The translations under genes were made by a program, and so were the position numbers. Shown in pieces: positions 1-11,881 of a stretch of 64,000 nucleotides of DNA; positions within the stretch are counted from its first letter, which is position 1; each line of letters begins with the position of its first letter. This DNA comes from Rhizophagus irregularis (taxonomy: Eukaryota), in contig NC_089435.1 of the NCBI RefSeq assembly GCF_026210795.1, positions 1,674,001 through 1,738,000 of the forward strand. The letters are read 5' to 3'. A model generated the notes under the pieces. It made no database searches, had not been told where the DNA came from, and saw only the letters and a program-made list of their open reading frames with translations.

Positions 1-74
1 AGGAAATGAAAATTATTCACAATCAGAAATTTCTTTTAGAAATAAAAAATCAAAATAAAATAATTTAAAACAAT

Positions 75-1211
75 ATGATGACAACTGAGGAACAAAGTTA
101 TAATCGTTCAGATATTCGATCAGATGTTTCCTGGGGAAATGATCCATGTCAACAACAGCAATCATCACGGCAAGTAAAAAGTCCGACCGTAAAAATTAAT
201 CCTAATTTTATTATAGAAGGTCAAGGGTTTACACCTAAATTATCTTTTTATATTAATAATAATGCAACCTTCTTGTCGTTATACAAATACAATGAATGGA
301 GTACAAAATCATTCGATTCTCGTTTGGAAATCATGTATGAAGGAAGAGATAATGATAAAGTAGTATCTTCTAGGCATATTAACCCTATAATTAGAAATCC
401 AAGGTTTAATTCATAGATAGGAATTCCAAAGACTATGTTAGATGTAACTTAGCAACCTAAAGAATTAAGAACAGAAGCTTCTAATTATGATAATCCCGGA
501 TATCCTTCTTACGGAGGAAATTTATATCAACGTAAACCAACTGATGAAAGTACTTCTTATTCTGGTACTAGGTTATAAATCAACAATACAAAAACATAAA
601 CCAAAGGTTTTTGTTGAACCACAAAGGAAAGTCTCTTCTTTTGCTCAATTGAATAAAGATGATGAGGATAATCTAGTAAAAATGAAGAAGAAAAGAAAGA
701 AGAACAAGATGAAGAGATAGAAGAATTAATTAATATGACAGACGATGAAAATATTTAGAGAAAGGTAAATTGTAATTATGTTTCTAAATTCAAATAAAAA
801 GCTTAACAAACATTTTATTTTTTCTTTAGTTACTTGAACTTCACCTTTCTGATAAGGAACTTCTTTCGTTAAATAAGCCACTTGAAGAACAAATTAATGA
901 ACAATCATCTGAACTCGAAAACCTTTCATCTTTGAGTCATTGATAAAAACTCAAAAAGAACAACTTGAACATATAACTAATCTTGAAAATATAATAAAAG
1001 ATTTAACTACTAAATTATTTGAGCAAGAAACTCAAATTAAAACGATTAATGATGACAATGAAGAAAATAAAAAGGTTAGTTATTTATTATTAAATAAGCA
1101 AATCAAATAAAAAATTTATGAAATATCTATTTCACTTAGACAAAGGCGACATTATTTTATGATCCGAGAAATCTTCCTCTTCATACTTGCCAAGAATTAT
1201 ATTTGATAGAG
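75..1211 (+). pseudogene. Degenerate multi-exon hypothetical gene (acidic/coiled-coil fragments)
   Basis: Coding-like segments (75-416, about 490-760, 830-1075) are broken by stops and frameshifts and separated by GT..AG intron-like gaps; no family recognised. Confidence 0.3.
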
Positions 1212-2360
1212 GTGAGTAGTAAATATATGTAATTTAAATTTTTATAATAAACTTGTAGATACTAACTAAAAATTTATACTTTAATAATTTATGACGATTT
1301 GTCCATTCTTTATTTAGTTATCAAATCACTTCTGTATACTTTTTATATATTTCCAATATTAATATTTTTTAGAGTTACAAGAAACTTTTATGAAAAATCA
1401 AAGATTAAATTTATGGAAATTACTGCCGAATAAATAAATATTTTATCTATCTATATAGAATAGTAGAAGTTAAATTTGGATTTTTTCTTTGTAAAGGACA
1501 TTTCTAATACGTTGGCCGGTATTTAGGTTTTTCGCTTAGTCCTAATAAACTTCTCGTAATGACGTATATTCATTAAAGATATTAATAATATTTTAGTCTA
1601 TGGCGGTCTATTAATTTAATAATAAAAGTATTGCGTCATTAATTAATATATTATTTATTAATTTGACAATATTTAATATTTAATTCCAAATAATTTAGAA
1701 CTTTGTAATATATACTGTATTTAACAAATAAACAAATTTTAAAATATTAAAATTGGGATATATTTTAAAAGTGTACATGATTACATTGCCTTATAACTAG
1801 ATGTAGTGGCGCGATGATACGATTCATTACTTGAATAATTAAATAATTAATTGATGATATTTACTTTTTTTTGCTAAAATTGAATTGAACCAATTAGGGA
1901 TTAGAAACTTGAAAGATTCGATTTTCAATTCCAACGCCTAAGAGGCAGTAAGAGCCAATATTTCTTAAAAACAATTAATTAATTCATTAATCTGAAAATA
2001 TTTATCTCTTGGCGTTTTTAAACAATATTTTAAATTTAGGTTCATTGTGAATGAGTCTATTGGCTGACATATAAGGCATTAAGGCTCGTATAACAAAAAA
2101 ATTGTAAAAAAAAACTCTTAAAAATAGGGTATTAAACGTAAAAGTACGAATATTACATGCATTGACGAGTGCTTAGTGAACCCATTTGTTACAATGCCCG
2201 CTTAAGTTGTGAACTTTTTTGTCAATAAATTCAACTAATTTTAGATTATTTGACTTATCAAATAGAAAAAAAAGAAAGGAAAAAAAATATATTCTTTTAT
2301 TATATATAATTAGTGTAATATATATTACAAGATTGTAATCTCGATTCATAAAGAAAAAAA

Positions 2361-4028
2361 ATGAAGTAACATTTCTAGTATTTCATCGAAATTTGATAAT
2401 TCTAAACCTCCACATCATGGAAAAGAAATATCAAGGAGTTATCTAATTACATTTAGTAGGGATGATTCTTCAGTTGTAGGTTGGCCGGTCAATGAAAATA
2501 AAATTTGGATAACTTGTTTATGATACTGAATATAAATCAGAAAAGATTATGTAAGTTCTAATCATAAACATGTTTTAGTAGAAGATTCAGAACCTATAAT
2601 ATTTCAAAAAATTAATTAAATTAAATCCTGTTGGGAATAATATTTATTTTGTTAAAGAAATTTCACGTATAAGATAAAGGAATATTTGTAAATGGAACAA
2701 ATGATTTATTTATGGTATTTGGAATTGATCCGATAGCTCACTTATATTCGAATTCTACTGGAAAATGGAAGATTAAAAAAACGGTTATAATATCAAAAAA
2801 ATTATTTATAGCATCACAATAGGACATAGCAACAATGACTTCTGAAAAACAACATTAAATTTGATAATTTGCATCCATCAACTGCCACTGATGTAGGTTT
2901 ACAAATTTACAATATAATCCTATTAAAATTGAATAACAAATTTTATTTAATGATTCAAAAACTTTAATGACAATTTATGGATTTAGTACTTATATTGTAG
3001 AACAAGTTGTAATTTATTCTACTCGATCATGTATTCGTATCGCGTCTGCTGCTGTCATGGATTATGAAACATATTCAGTGTTGCATTGAAATTTTCTTGG
3101 AGCAGATGAACATAATGAAAGTTTATTGATTAGAGAGAGAGAAATTTTTTTTTTTTTGTTGAATCTCGTTGATTTTAATAAATAGAATGCTCGGATCGAT
3201 ATTGAACAACTTTTTGTACAAATTCAGATGTAGAAGTAATTCTTCATACGGAAAAATCACTCATTATGATATTAATGGAAAAACACTTGAAAGAATTCAA
3301 GAAAAATTAAACATTCTTTACCCGAAAATCATATGTATTAAATAGAATCTATTACTTCCGGAAAGTTCTTCATTATTCAGGAACCGGAAGTACTCATATA
3401 GTTGCATACGAAGGAAAGAAAAAAATTGACGAATATAAATTTTTTGAACCAAGAAATGGATATGATGTGATTGTAGACATATTAATAATGGTGGATCACA
3501 AAGGATAGAAAGATACAAATGTGTTGCTTTTGGGTTAATGATAGATTGGAACAATTTATGGAAAGAAACAAGACAACTCACGAGCAATTTTTTCTAAATA
3601 AAAGTGAGGATGGACCATTTTTTTGGTGAAACAGCCATAAGGAATTATCAAAAGTATTACTTCCAATGGATATTGAAAGAATTATTATTGACGAATATGA
3701 AACGTGTTGTGTGTCAAATAGATATATATCTTTACTAAATTGTACTGATGACGTCTCTTGAGTATATTCATCTGAAGCTAACATCACATTTATGACGAAT
3801 TACCTAGATGATGTTGAAATTCTTGCCGAGCTAGGTGAAAAAGTTCTCAAAAATTGGCAATTAAAAAAAAATAAAGGAGAAGCCATGGATCTTGTTTATG
3901 ATTTAGTTGTCACCGTAATCAAGTTTTTGATTCATGTGTTGGATAAGAGTGAAAATTTGGTTTTGATTTTTATTCATTTCTGGATAACACTGAGAGTTCA
4001 ACTTTTTGTTGATGATCAGCTGATTTAG
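2361..4028 (+). pseudogene. Decayed gene of the Glomeromycota WD40-like/TRP-channel-like family (N-terminal part)
   Basis: Fragments KPPHHGKEIS and LITFSRDDSSVVGWPVNEN near 2400-2500 resemble the N-terminus I recall for this expanded family; many stops and frameshifts. Confidence 0.4.
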
Positions 4029-4029
4029 C

Positions 4030-5270
4030 ACGAATTTTTGGTAAATACCAAATATCCTCAGCCACACTCCAACTATCACCACTAGTCTTTGAACCAATTT
4101 CAAGTGTATGTGCTTAGAAGGAAGTTCTAAACGTTTGCACGTGGTTGATCAATATAAATCCACGATTCCCAATAATATTATGATCAAAAGGATGATGATG
4201 TAGTGAATCATAATAACTGCCATAAGTCTCCCTATCATACTCGTCACTTGAACATTTTAAATCAGGATAGAAATAGATGCCCACTAATCAGATCCTGGGT
4301 TGCAATCTTCAAAGTCAACCATATAAACAGTTGTAATGATAGCAGCAATTGATATATTTTTGTTTACTGGAGAAGTAATCTTGATTCCAGATCTATATGT
4401 CTCGAGCTGCATCCCTTGAGAAATACTAGGGGTATCAAGATCATAAATACGACTAGTACAAGCGTATATAGGCTCAAAAATAGTCCGAATTTCCGGGTCA
4501 AGTATCCATTTATGAAGCAATTTTATTGGCTCAGCTAGTTCATGATGTGAGGGTGGATTATTTTTTGGTTAAGTTATGAACAATTGACAATAAATCTTTA
4601 TCAAGATTTGAAAGCCGAAGGTAATTATCGATAGCAAATTGGCGAAACCAGTCTTTAGTCAAAGAAGTGCAAATTCTAATGAACGCTGAACTGTAAGAAG
4701 TTTCTTGATCCTTCAAGATCTTTGGAATAAGATATCTTTCAAGTGCAATAACCATCGCTTCTTCTTTCATACAATACTAGTTGTTTTTGATAGTCAAGTT
4801 TTTGAAAAAGAGATTTTTCGATCATTGCTTTAGACTTATCATTCTTTAAACCTTCATAAATTAGGTGATCTCCATACTTAACAAGTGTGTAATTTATCAT
4901 GAGGAACGACTCTATCTACAACAAAATCATCTTCACGATCCAAAAATTCTTCATCAGAATTATTTAAATTTACATGTACAGATGGTGTTGTTAAAGTAGA
5001 CGTGATGGGTTGCTATTTCCTTTTTCATACTATATATTTCGTCTTGCTGTTGTTTATTTGTTTCTTTCAACTGTAATACCACTGCAATACCTCTTGTTTT
5101 AGTAGTTGAATTTCACTAAATAAAGTATACGATTTACTTAAAGGAGTGTCTTTACTTTGAATATCTGATGCATGATCTTGAGTATGATCGTTATTTACAA
5201 TTGAACTTTGATAGGTTGAATAATCTCCTTTTCAATGTAGGTTTTGTATACAAATTACTTTATTCATTGG
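4030..5270 (-). pseudogene. Fragmented hypothetical protein gene
   Basis: Successive same-strand ORF pieces (4558-4770, 4284-4520, 3903-4103) with coding-like composition; family not recognised. Confidence 0.3.
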
Positions 5271-6352
5271 ATTTTTGTTTAAAATTATTAAGTACACCTT
5301 GTCTATCGTAATTAACCGTGCGCCCGTAAGGAAATGCCGTGTTGTATACGTTTTTTTATTTTTTTGATTTGCGGGTAGATTCATTTCTTTTATAAAACTT
5401 TCTGTAAGAATCTTTGAGTTTACATTCTTCTATAACGTGTTTGAGATTGCATCCCCCGATAGGATATTACCCTTATCAGTCTTGTAACTTGTTCTGAAAT
5501 AAATAAAATGAATGAGTGAATTGTATCATCATTGTTGCCATACAGAATGGACTCAAGGATGCCTTAGGATGGACACATCTATAGGACAGCATAACATGAT
5601 AACACTTTAGGCCCGGTTGTTCGACCACACGCCACCACAAAACATAGTATGACCTATATATACAGGTACCACCAGACTCAATACGGTTATGAACTTCATC
5701 TGAAGTAACAAGTATAGCCATATCATATTTTGCTGTGAAACCACCAGATAAAAGTAGTTTCTCTCAATATTTCATGAAAACATGAGAGCAAGGTACAGTA
5801 CATAACCTCTGCTTCTTAACGCAGATAAATATCTGGAGCCACGGAATGCATCTGTGAAATACCAATGTAATATGTGACCCAGTGCGTGGATGCATTGATA
5901 ACATATCCAACAACTCAACGAAACACTCACTTTACGCCGTATACTATAACATTTATCTCCTCAAACTTCTTCTTAACTTCGTATTCTAGAGTATCCCCTT
6001 TCACTTGAGTACTTAGAGTTGTGGTTGTAAACATATGATTACAGACTGCATAACGCGATAATTTAATTGTAACATTTATGGAAAGTTCGTGTAAACTGAT
6101 AGTGCATAGTTTTCATATTCAGAACCAGTATTGGCAAAACATTTTTTTTTTAAATCGCGTAAAATATTACATAATGTTCAAATAAAATCATATTCTTACT
6201 GTTAGTACATACGCGTGAATATTCTAATATGAATTATCATAATGATAAATTCATTTTTTTTTAGTAATAACTAGGCGTAACCCGTCGCGTTGCGGCGGGA
6301 ATGATACTTGCCCATCAAGTAAGAGAGTAATAAAGAGAGTAATAATAACACA

Positions 6353-6565
6353 CGTCTCCCATCACTCCTCTTCATCTTCTCATCTCCTTTTCGTCTTCCA
6401 TCACTTCTTTTCGTCTCCCATCACTCCTTTTTACCTCCCATCACTCTCTCATCGTCTCCCATCACTCCTCTTCATCTCCCATCACTTCTTTTCGTCTCCC
6501 ATCACTCCTTTTCGTCTCCCATCACTTCTTTTTGTTTCCCATCACTACTTTTCATCTCTCATCAT
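6353..6565. repeat. 21-bp tandem repeat (about 10 copies) inside the Helitron
   Basis: Unit approximately CGTCTCCCATCACTCCTTTT(T), repeated with variants. Confidence 0.8.
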
Positions 6566-8597
6566 GTCCTATTTCTCCTTTTTGTTTCCTATAACTTCTC
6601 ATTACTCTTTTTTTCTCTTTCGTCTTCTATTACTTTCCATTACTCCATTGTTATTTCATTTTTTTATTAGAATCTTTCTCCTTGGTCATTATAATTTATT
6701 TATCTTTTTATTTATTGTTATTGTTTAAATACGGTGATTTTTTTCTTTAAAATCGTAAATGTGTGGCTTAAATTTTAATATTTGCAAATAAAATTTCATT
6801 AAATAAGATTATTTTGAATAAATATGCAAAAAAAATTTTTAAAAAAATATCTTCGCAATAAAATTTTAAGTTTAACCGATCAAAATAGCTAAGTTAAAAA
6901 ATCAGCCATCATAAATTTGTACATCATGTGACATATTTGGAAAAAAACCCAGGCGGTGATCGGTTAGCAAAAAAATATCTCACAATCCCCAAAAATCAAT
7001 TATAACAATCTATTGCTATGAAAAAAAAAAAATTCCCCAATTATAACAATCTATTGTCATGAAAAAAACAATTTCCCATAGAATTTATTAAACCGATCTA
7101 TTGTTACAAAAAATAAATAAATAAATTACATGTCAGTCTATTTATATTGAGCCTAAAAATTAATTAGGGAAAATATTATTACTAATAATAATAATAAGAA
7201 TCGGGAAAAAGGCGATTACCGTAGTGCTACAGCGTCAATCCGATCACCGATCCAAATCTAAATGGTTTAAGAATGTGGTTTGGGAAAAAAAAATAACAAT
7301 GAAGAAAATTGAAAAAAAAAGCGAAAAATAAAATTTGGGGGAAAAGAAAAAGGATAAGGAAAGAAAAAAAAGGAATCCGTAAAAAAAATAAGTACCGAAA
7401 AAAATTCCGAAAAAAATGAACAATAAATCTGGTCCAAAAAAGACTGAAAAAAAAAATTTTAAAATAAATTAATAATACGGTCTAAAAAAAAAGACCGAAA
7501 AAATAATAATATAAAAAAAATCGGTCTTAAAAAGACCAATAAAAAAAATTTAAAATTTTTCAGTTTGGGAAAAAAAACCAATGAAATTCTCGGGTTGGAA
7601 AAAAAACCAAACCGAAAGAGAAAAAAAAATGAAAATTTTTTTTTTAAAAAAAAAAGGAAAAGAAAAAGGAAAAAGGTTCGAAAGAGAAAAGAGGAAACTT
7701 AAAAAAAAAGAAAGAACTGAAAGTAAAAGATCGATTCAAGGAAAAAAAAAGAAAATTAAAAAAAAGGGAACTGAAAGAATTCAATCAATAATATATATTT
7801 TATCGAGTTTTTAATTATCATTAACCTTGTGTTTATCTTAATAATAATATAGGATTCCCTATAATAAATTTATTCCGTGTTTTTTATTCTGTTATTTCCG
7901 TAAATGTATTATATTCACGGAATTTATAGCCTCAAAATGTATAGATTTTTAGTTAATTTTCCGTAATATAGAAATTACGGATAAATCTTTTACAGAAATG
8001 ATATCTTCTAACAAAAATGTTAATTTTTCGTTACTTATAAAGATGATCAACTGGTCCTAATAAATATTGTGTATTTGCATCAAAAAGATTTTTTTTCAAC
8101 CTCAAACTTGCCAAAATTATTAGAATTTAGAACATTTTAAATAATGAATTTAAAGATGTGATTTTATTTTTGTAATTTTTAGAATACACAAATGATAAAA
8201 TACAGATAGGTATGGCACGTAATTTAAAATAACATGTTCTAAAACAGTTTTCGTTTTATTATATATAAATTGATTTTTTAACCTAAATTTAAGATTTAAA
8301 GCATTAAGCTTATAATATCGAAGTGTTTTAAAACATTTTTTAACACATGTTTTAAACCACCGAAATCGGTTTAAAACATGTCCCTAAATACAGAATACAA
8401 GACAAAATATGTAATAGTGATTCGAATATTAAGTAATTTGATAATATAATAATAACGAAATATATATATATAAAGTACAAATGTACAATGTATTATTACA
8501 AATAAATAGATAAACTATAGACAAATGATTATTTAACAATACATAAATGTTTAATTTCCTGACGATAAAATTCGTAAATGTAAAGAATTTTATTTTA

Positions 8598-8699
8598 TTA
8601 CATAATTGTACAGCCACCAGATTCACCCGGTTTTTCAGTGGCTTCAGCAGTTGCGATAGATGGAATGGATAGTTTAATGGTAACTTCAGTCTGATTCAT
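8598..8699 (-). CDS. 33-aa CAAX-terminated peptide, resembling a lipopeptide (a-factor-type) pheromone precursor
   Basis: Translates MNQTEVTIKLSIPSIATAEATEKPGESGGCTIM*. It has a good ACAAAATG start context, higher GC than its flanks and a TATAAA-like motif about 145 bp upstream. It is below the ORF-track length cutoff. Confidence 0.6.
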   Translation of the reverse strand: MNQTEVTIKLSIPSIATAEATEKPGESGGCTIM

Positions 8700-11600
8700 T
8701 TTGTTAGGAAATTTAAAGAATTTAATTGATTTTAATGAGTTTGAATTATGCGAAAAAAACTATCAAAGTATTTTTTCTTTTTCTTTTTTTTTTTTGATTG
8801 AATTTTAATTTTTTGTCTTCTAAAGAAAATTTTTTGCTAATTTATACTTTTTCATACTTTTGGATTGAAAAATGTTTAATATTGTGTGCATTTACGCATG
8901 TCTCCGTGTTTGAAAAAACAATTAGTAATTGATCTACAATACGAATTTTTAGTTACACTTTTTAGGAGCTGAAACATCACAACATACAAAAGAATTTCAT
9001 ACAGACAATATTTTTACCATATTTGTGTGTTAACAATATTTTTTTAAAATTCAGTATAAGTATTGTCCTAAAATACTATATTATTATATATATATATATT
9101 TTTTTTTTATATTGTTTTATTATCTTTATCTATTATTTGAAATCATTGCAATCATGTGGTGTCACGTTAAGACTCCTTTGAATTGTGTAATTGTGTAGCT
9201 TTTCTCCCACTCGTCAGTTATATTACAAAACAAAAAATGAATAGTATTCCTAAGGAAAATTTTTGGTTACATTAATTTCCAAAAAGGAAATATCGTCTCA
9301 CGTCGCTTTTCAGCAACAGGCTATCTGGACAATTCAACGGTAAATGTTGATCTGTAGAATTTATATAAAATAGTCACCTTTCTTAGGTGACAATGTCAAT
9401 AAATGATCGGCAAATTCGTGATGAAGAAATTAAAAATTAAATGTAAAATTTTTTTAAAAGAAAAGGTGGATTTTTTTCGTCATGTGGGAAAATCCAAAAA
9501 AACTGAAAAATATTTTTTTTTTAAAAAAAAAAAAGAAAATTTGTCATATGGGAAAATTCAAAAAACTGAAATTTTTTTTTTAAAAAAACAATGACGATTT
9601 CTAAAAAGACAATGATGATTTCATTGTCACGATTAAATTATTTTTATAGCTTAACAAATTTTTTATTGGTTTAGTTTAATTTCGTTGCTATAAATCTGTC
9701 CTACGCCAATCATTTAATTCAAAATTGTATTAGGATTAGGGAGCTGCTAATAAATGGCAAATGATGCGCCACTCTGAATCCTATATAAGAATCTGTAGCA
9801 CAGGGCGCAGGCACATGATGCTGGACGATCTAATTCAAATCCACCTTTTTATGCGGGGTAGTCTAAACGTTACGGGCGCACAGGGATTTTTTTATAGATA
9901 TAGATAGAAGATAGAAGATAGATAGATAGATAATAATATAATAAAGTCCCCTAAGAATTCCTTAGAATATTCTAGAATCCTTAAAGATCCGATAATTTGT
10001 GGATTACAACTTTATATTAGATATTTTTATCTTCATTTTTGATTCCACGTGAACAAAATCACGATAAAGATTAAAACATACAAAGACGAACTAATAAGTA
10101 AGTCAAAAGCGCCACTCTGGTGTCGATAAAATAAACCTATGGTGTGTTGTGTCCCGCCCATGGGTAGAATGTTTCACACTATTCTAAATTGTTTTTTTGT
10201 TTTAAATGTATATCTGCTGACTAAAAGTTAAAGTTTTTAGTTTATTTTTAGTTATGTTACATAGAGATATTTTTAGTTATTTAACGATTAGATAAAATCG
10301 GAAGCTTAGCGGTGGGAAAGTGGCTGAATTGAAGGTGGCTTAATAGATAAATACGACCAATAGACAAATTTGGCGTTAGGCGAGATTGGCCAGGGTAGCA
10401 ATCTTTTCGATAGTCAGATTCGCACCAAATTTTTAACGATATATAAAGAAAAAAAAGTAGTTTATGTAGTTTGTGTAGTTTGTGCAGTTCATGTAGTTTT
10501 TATTAAGTTAAAAGATATCAGATATACGGATATTACAGAGCGCCGAAGCAGTAATATCGTATTTTGTTTATTAACGAATAAACCTGCCGATTTGTTTCCG
10601 AATTACTTATACACGTTTTATCATTTTTCATCATAGTATAAATTGTACGTTTAATTTTCTATCATATACTGATACGGCGTCTCTTTGTTATTTGTTCATG
10701 AAACCAATTTTGAGTAGTTCTATTCGTTTAACAGTTCCAATAAATGAACTGTATCCATTAAAATGATTAAGGAAGGTTGAACTAATTGTGGTTGAATTCT
10801 GTTCTGGGAAATAGTCCCTGAATGTGAAACAATAATATCTAGGATTATTTCCATTAAGAGAAAAGTCTTCTATCTCATTCATCCTCTGAAACGTCTTGAA
10901 GATGTTACTATCGAATTGCGTCGGGGTCACGTGATAGTAACAGAAATTCGTGCTATGTTTATCGTAAAATAAAGTGTATATGTGAATTTAAAGTTTATAT
11001 GTTTAATTTTTAAAGTATAAGTTTATTCAAAATAAATAATAAATCAAAATAATGAAACAATACAAATAAATAAATACTAATTCATAAATCATAACAATCA
11101 TAACAAAAACTGAAGATAAAATATTGCTGCCTCCACCGGCGATCTGCAATATTACCGATAAAACTAAACTAAACTAAAAATTAATACTCTATATAAAAAC
11201 CTTCTTCCTCACCATTCGCTCATTCTATATATATTGTTCGAAATTTTGGTATAAATTATACTATGTGTAAGTTAAACTTCGTATAAATTACACTGGGGTG
11301 TAAATTAAACTAAGTACTGTATAAGTATAAGTTACACCGTTACACCGCTGATCACTGGACTTTCGATGTGGCGCAAATCCGCGTAACAAAGATCATTCCA
11401 TTAGTCTTTACCTTTTTCAGTGTTAGTGTTAGGGGTTTGCAGATCATCTGATGCTGGCGTATTATCGATCGACATATTCGGATTATGAATTGAATGGTCG
11501 ATATTCATGATCCGTTAGATTGCTAGCTGTATCCGAATTATTATTGGGTGTAAACTGTAAAGATTTCTTGATCATGTGCTTCACTCATAGAAACGTCTTA

Positions 11601-11881
11601 GTTTTTTTTGATCGTTAACTATATCAATAGTTAAGTCCTGTTGAGTAGCGTTTGGGTTGGGGTTAGTTTTGTCATTTGGTTTACTTTTGGACATACTTCT
11701 AGTCGTTCTAGTGTTAGACGTTACTGGTGTCATTTTTATTTGTAAAATATCTATTTTATTATTTGGACTTTACTCTTTCTACGTCGTCTATATAGTTTGA
11801 TTTTTTTTTGAACAAAAACAATAAAATTTATTAATAGAATATTACGTTTTATATATGTTTTTAAATTATATCATAGACAAT

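Larger units (their letters stand above)
6271..9930 (-). mobile_element. Non-autonomous Helitron (about 3.66 kb) carrying cargo
   Basis: On the minus strand it begins TC (TCTATCTATC..., at 9930) and ends with a GC-rich hairpin (CCCGCCGCAACGCGACGGG) shortly before CTAG at 6271. It sits between A and T with no TSD. The subterminal motif GGGTAGTCTAAAC-TTACGG is shared with the element at 57314-57615. Confidence 0.75.

Noticed and set aside
5440..6050. GC-richer coding-like stretch (ORF 5476-5721)
   Set aside because: Probably a decayed gene, but no frame or motif could be assigned.
7260..7814. Lys-rich ORF 7581-7814
   Set aside because: Poly-A low-complexity sequence within the Helitron.
10680..11810. 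Possible LINE remnants
   Set aside because: Composition is suggestive, but I found no diagnostic motif, tail/TSD pair or boundaries.
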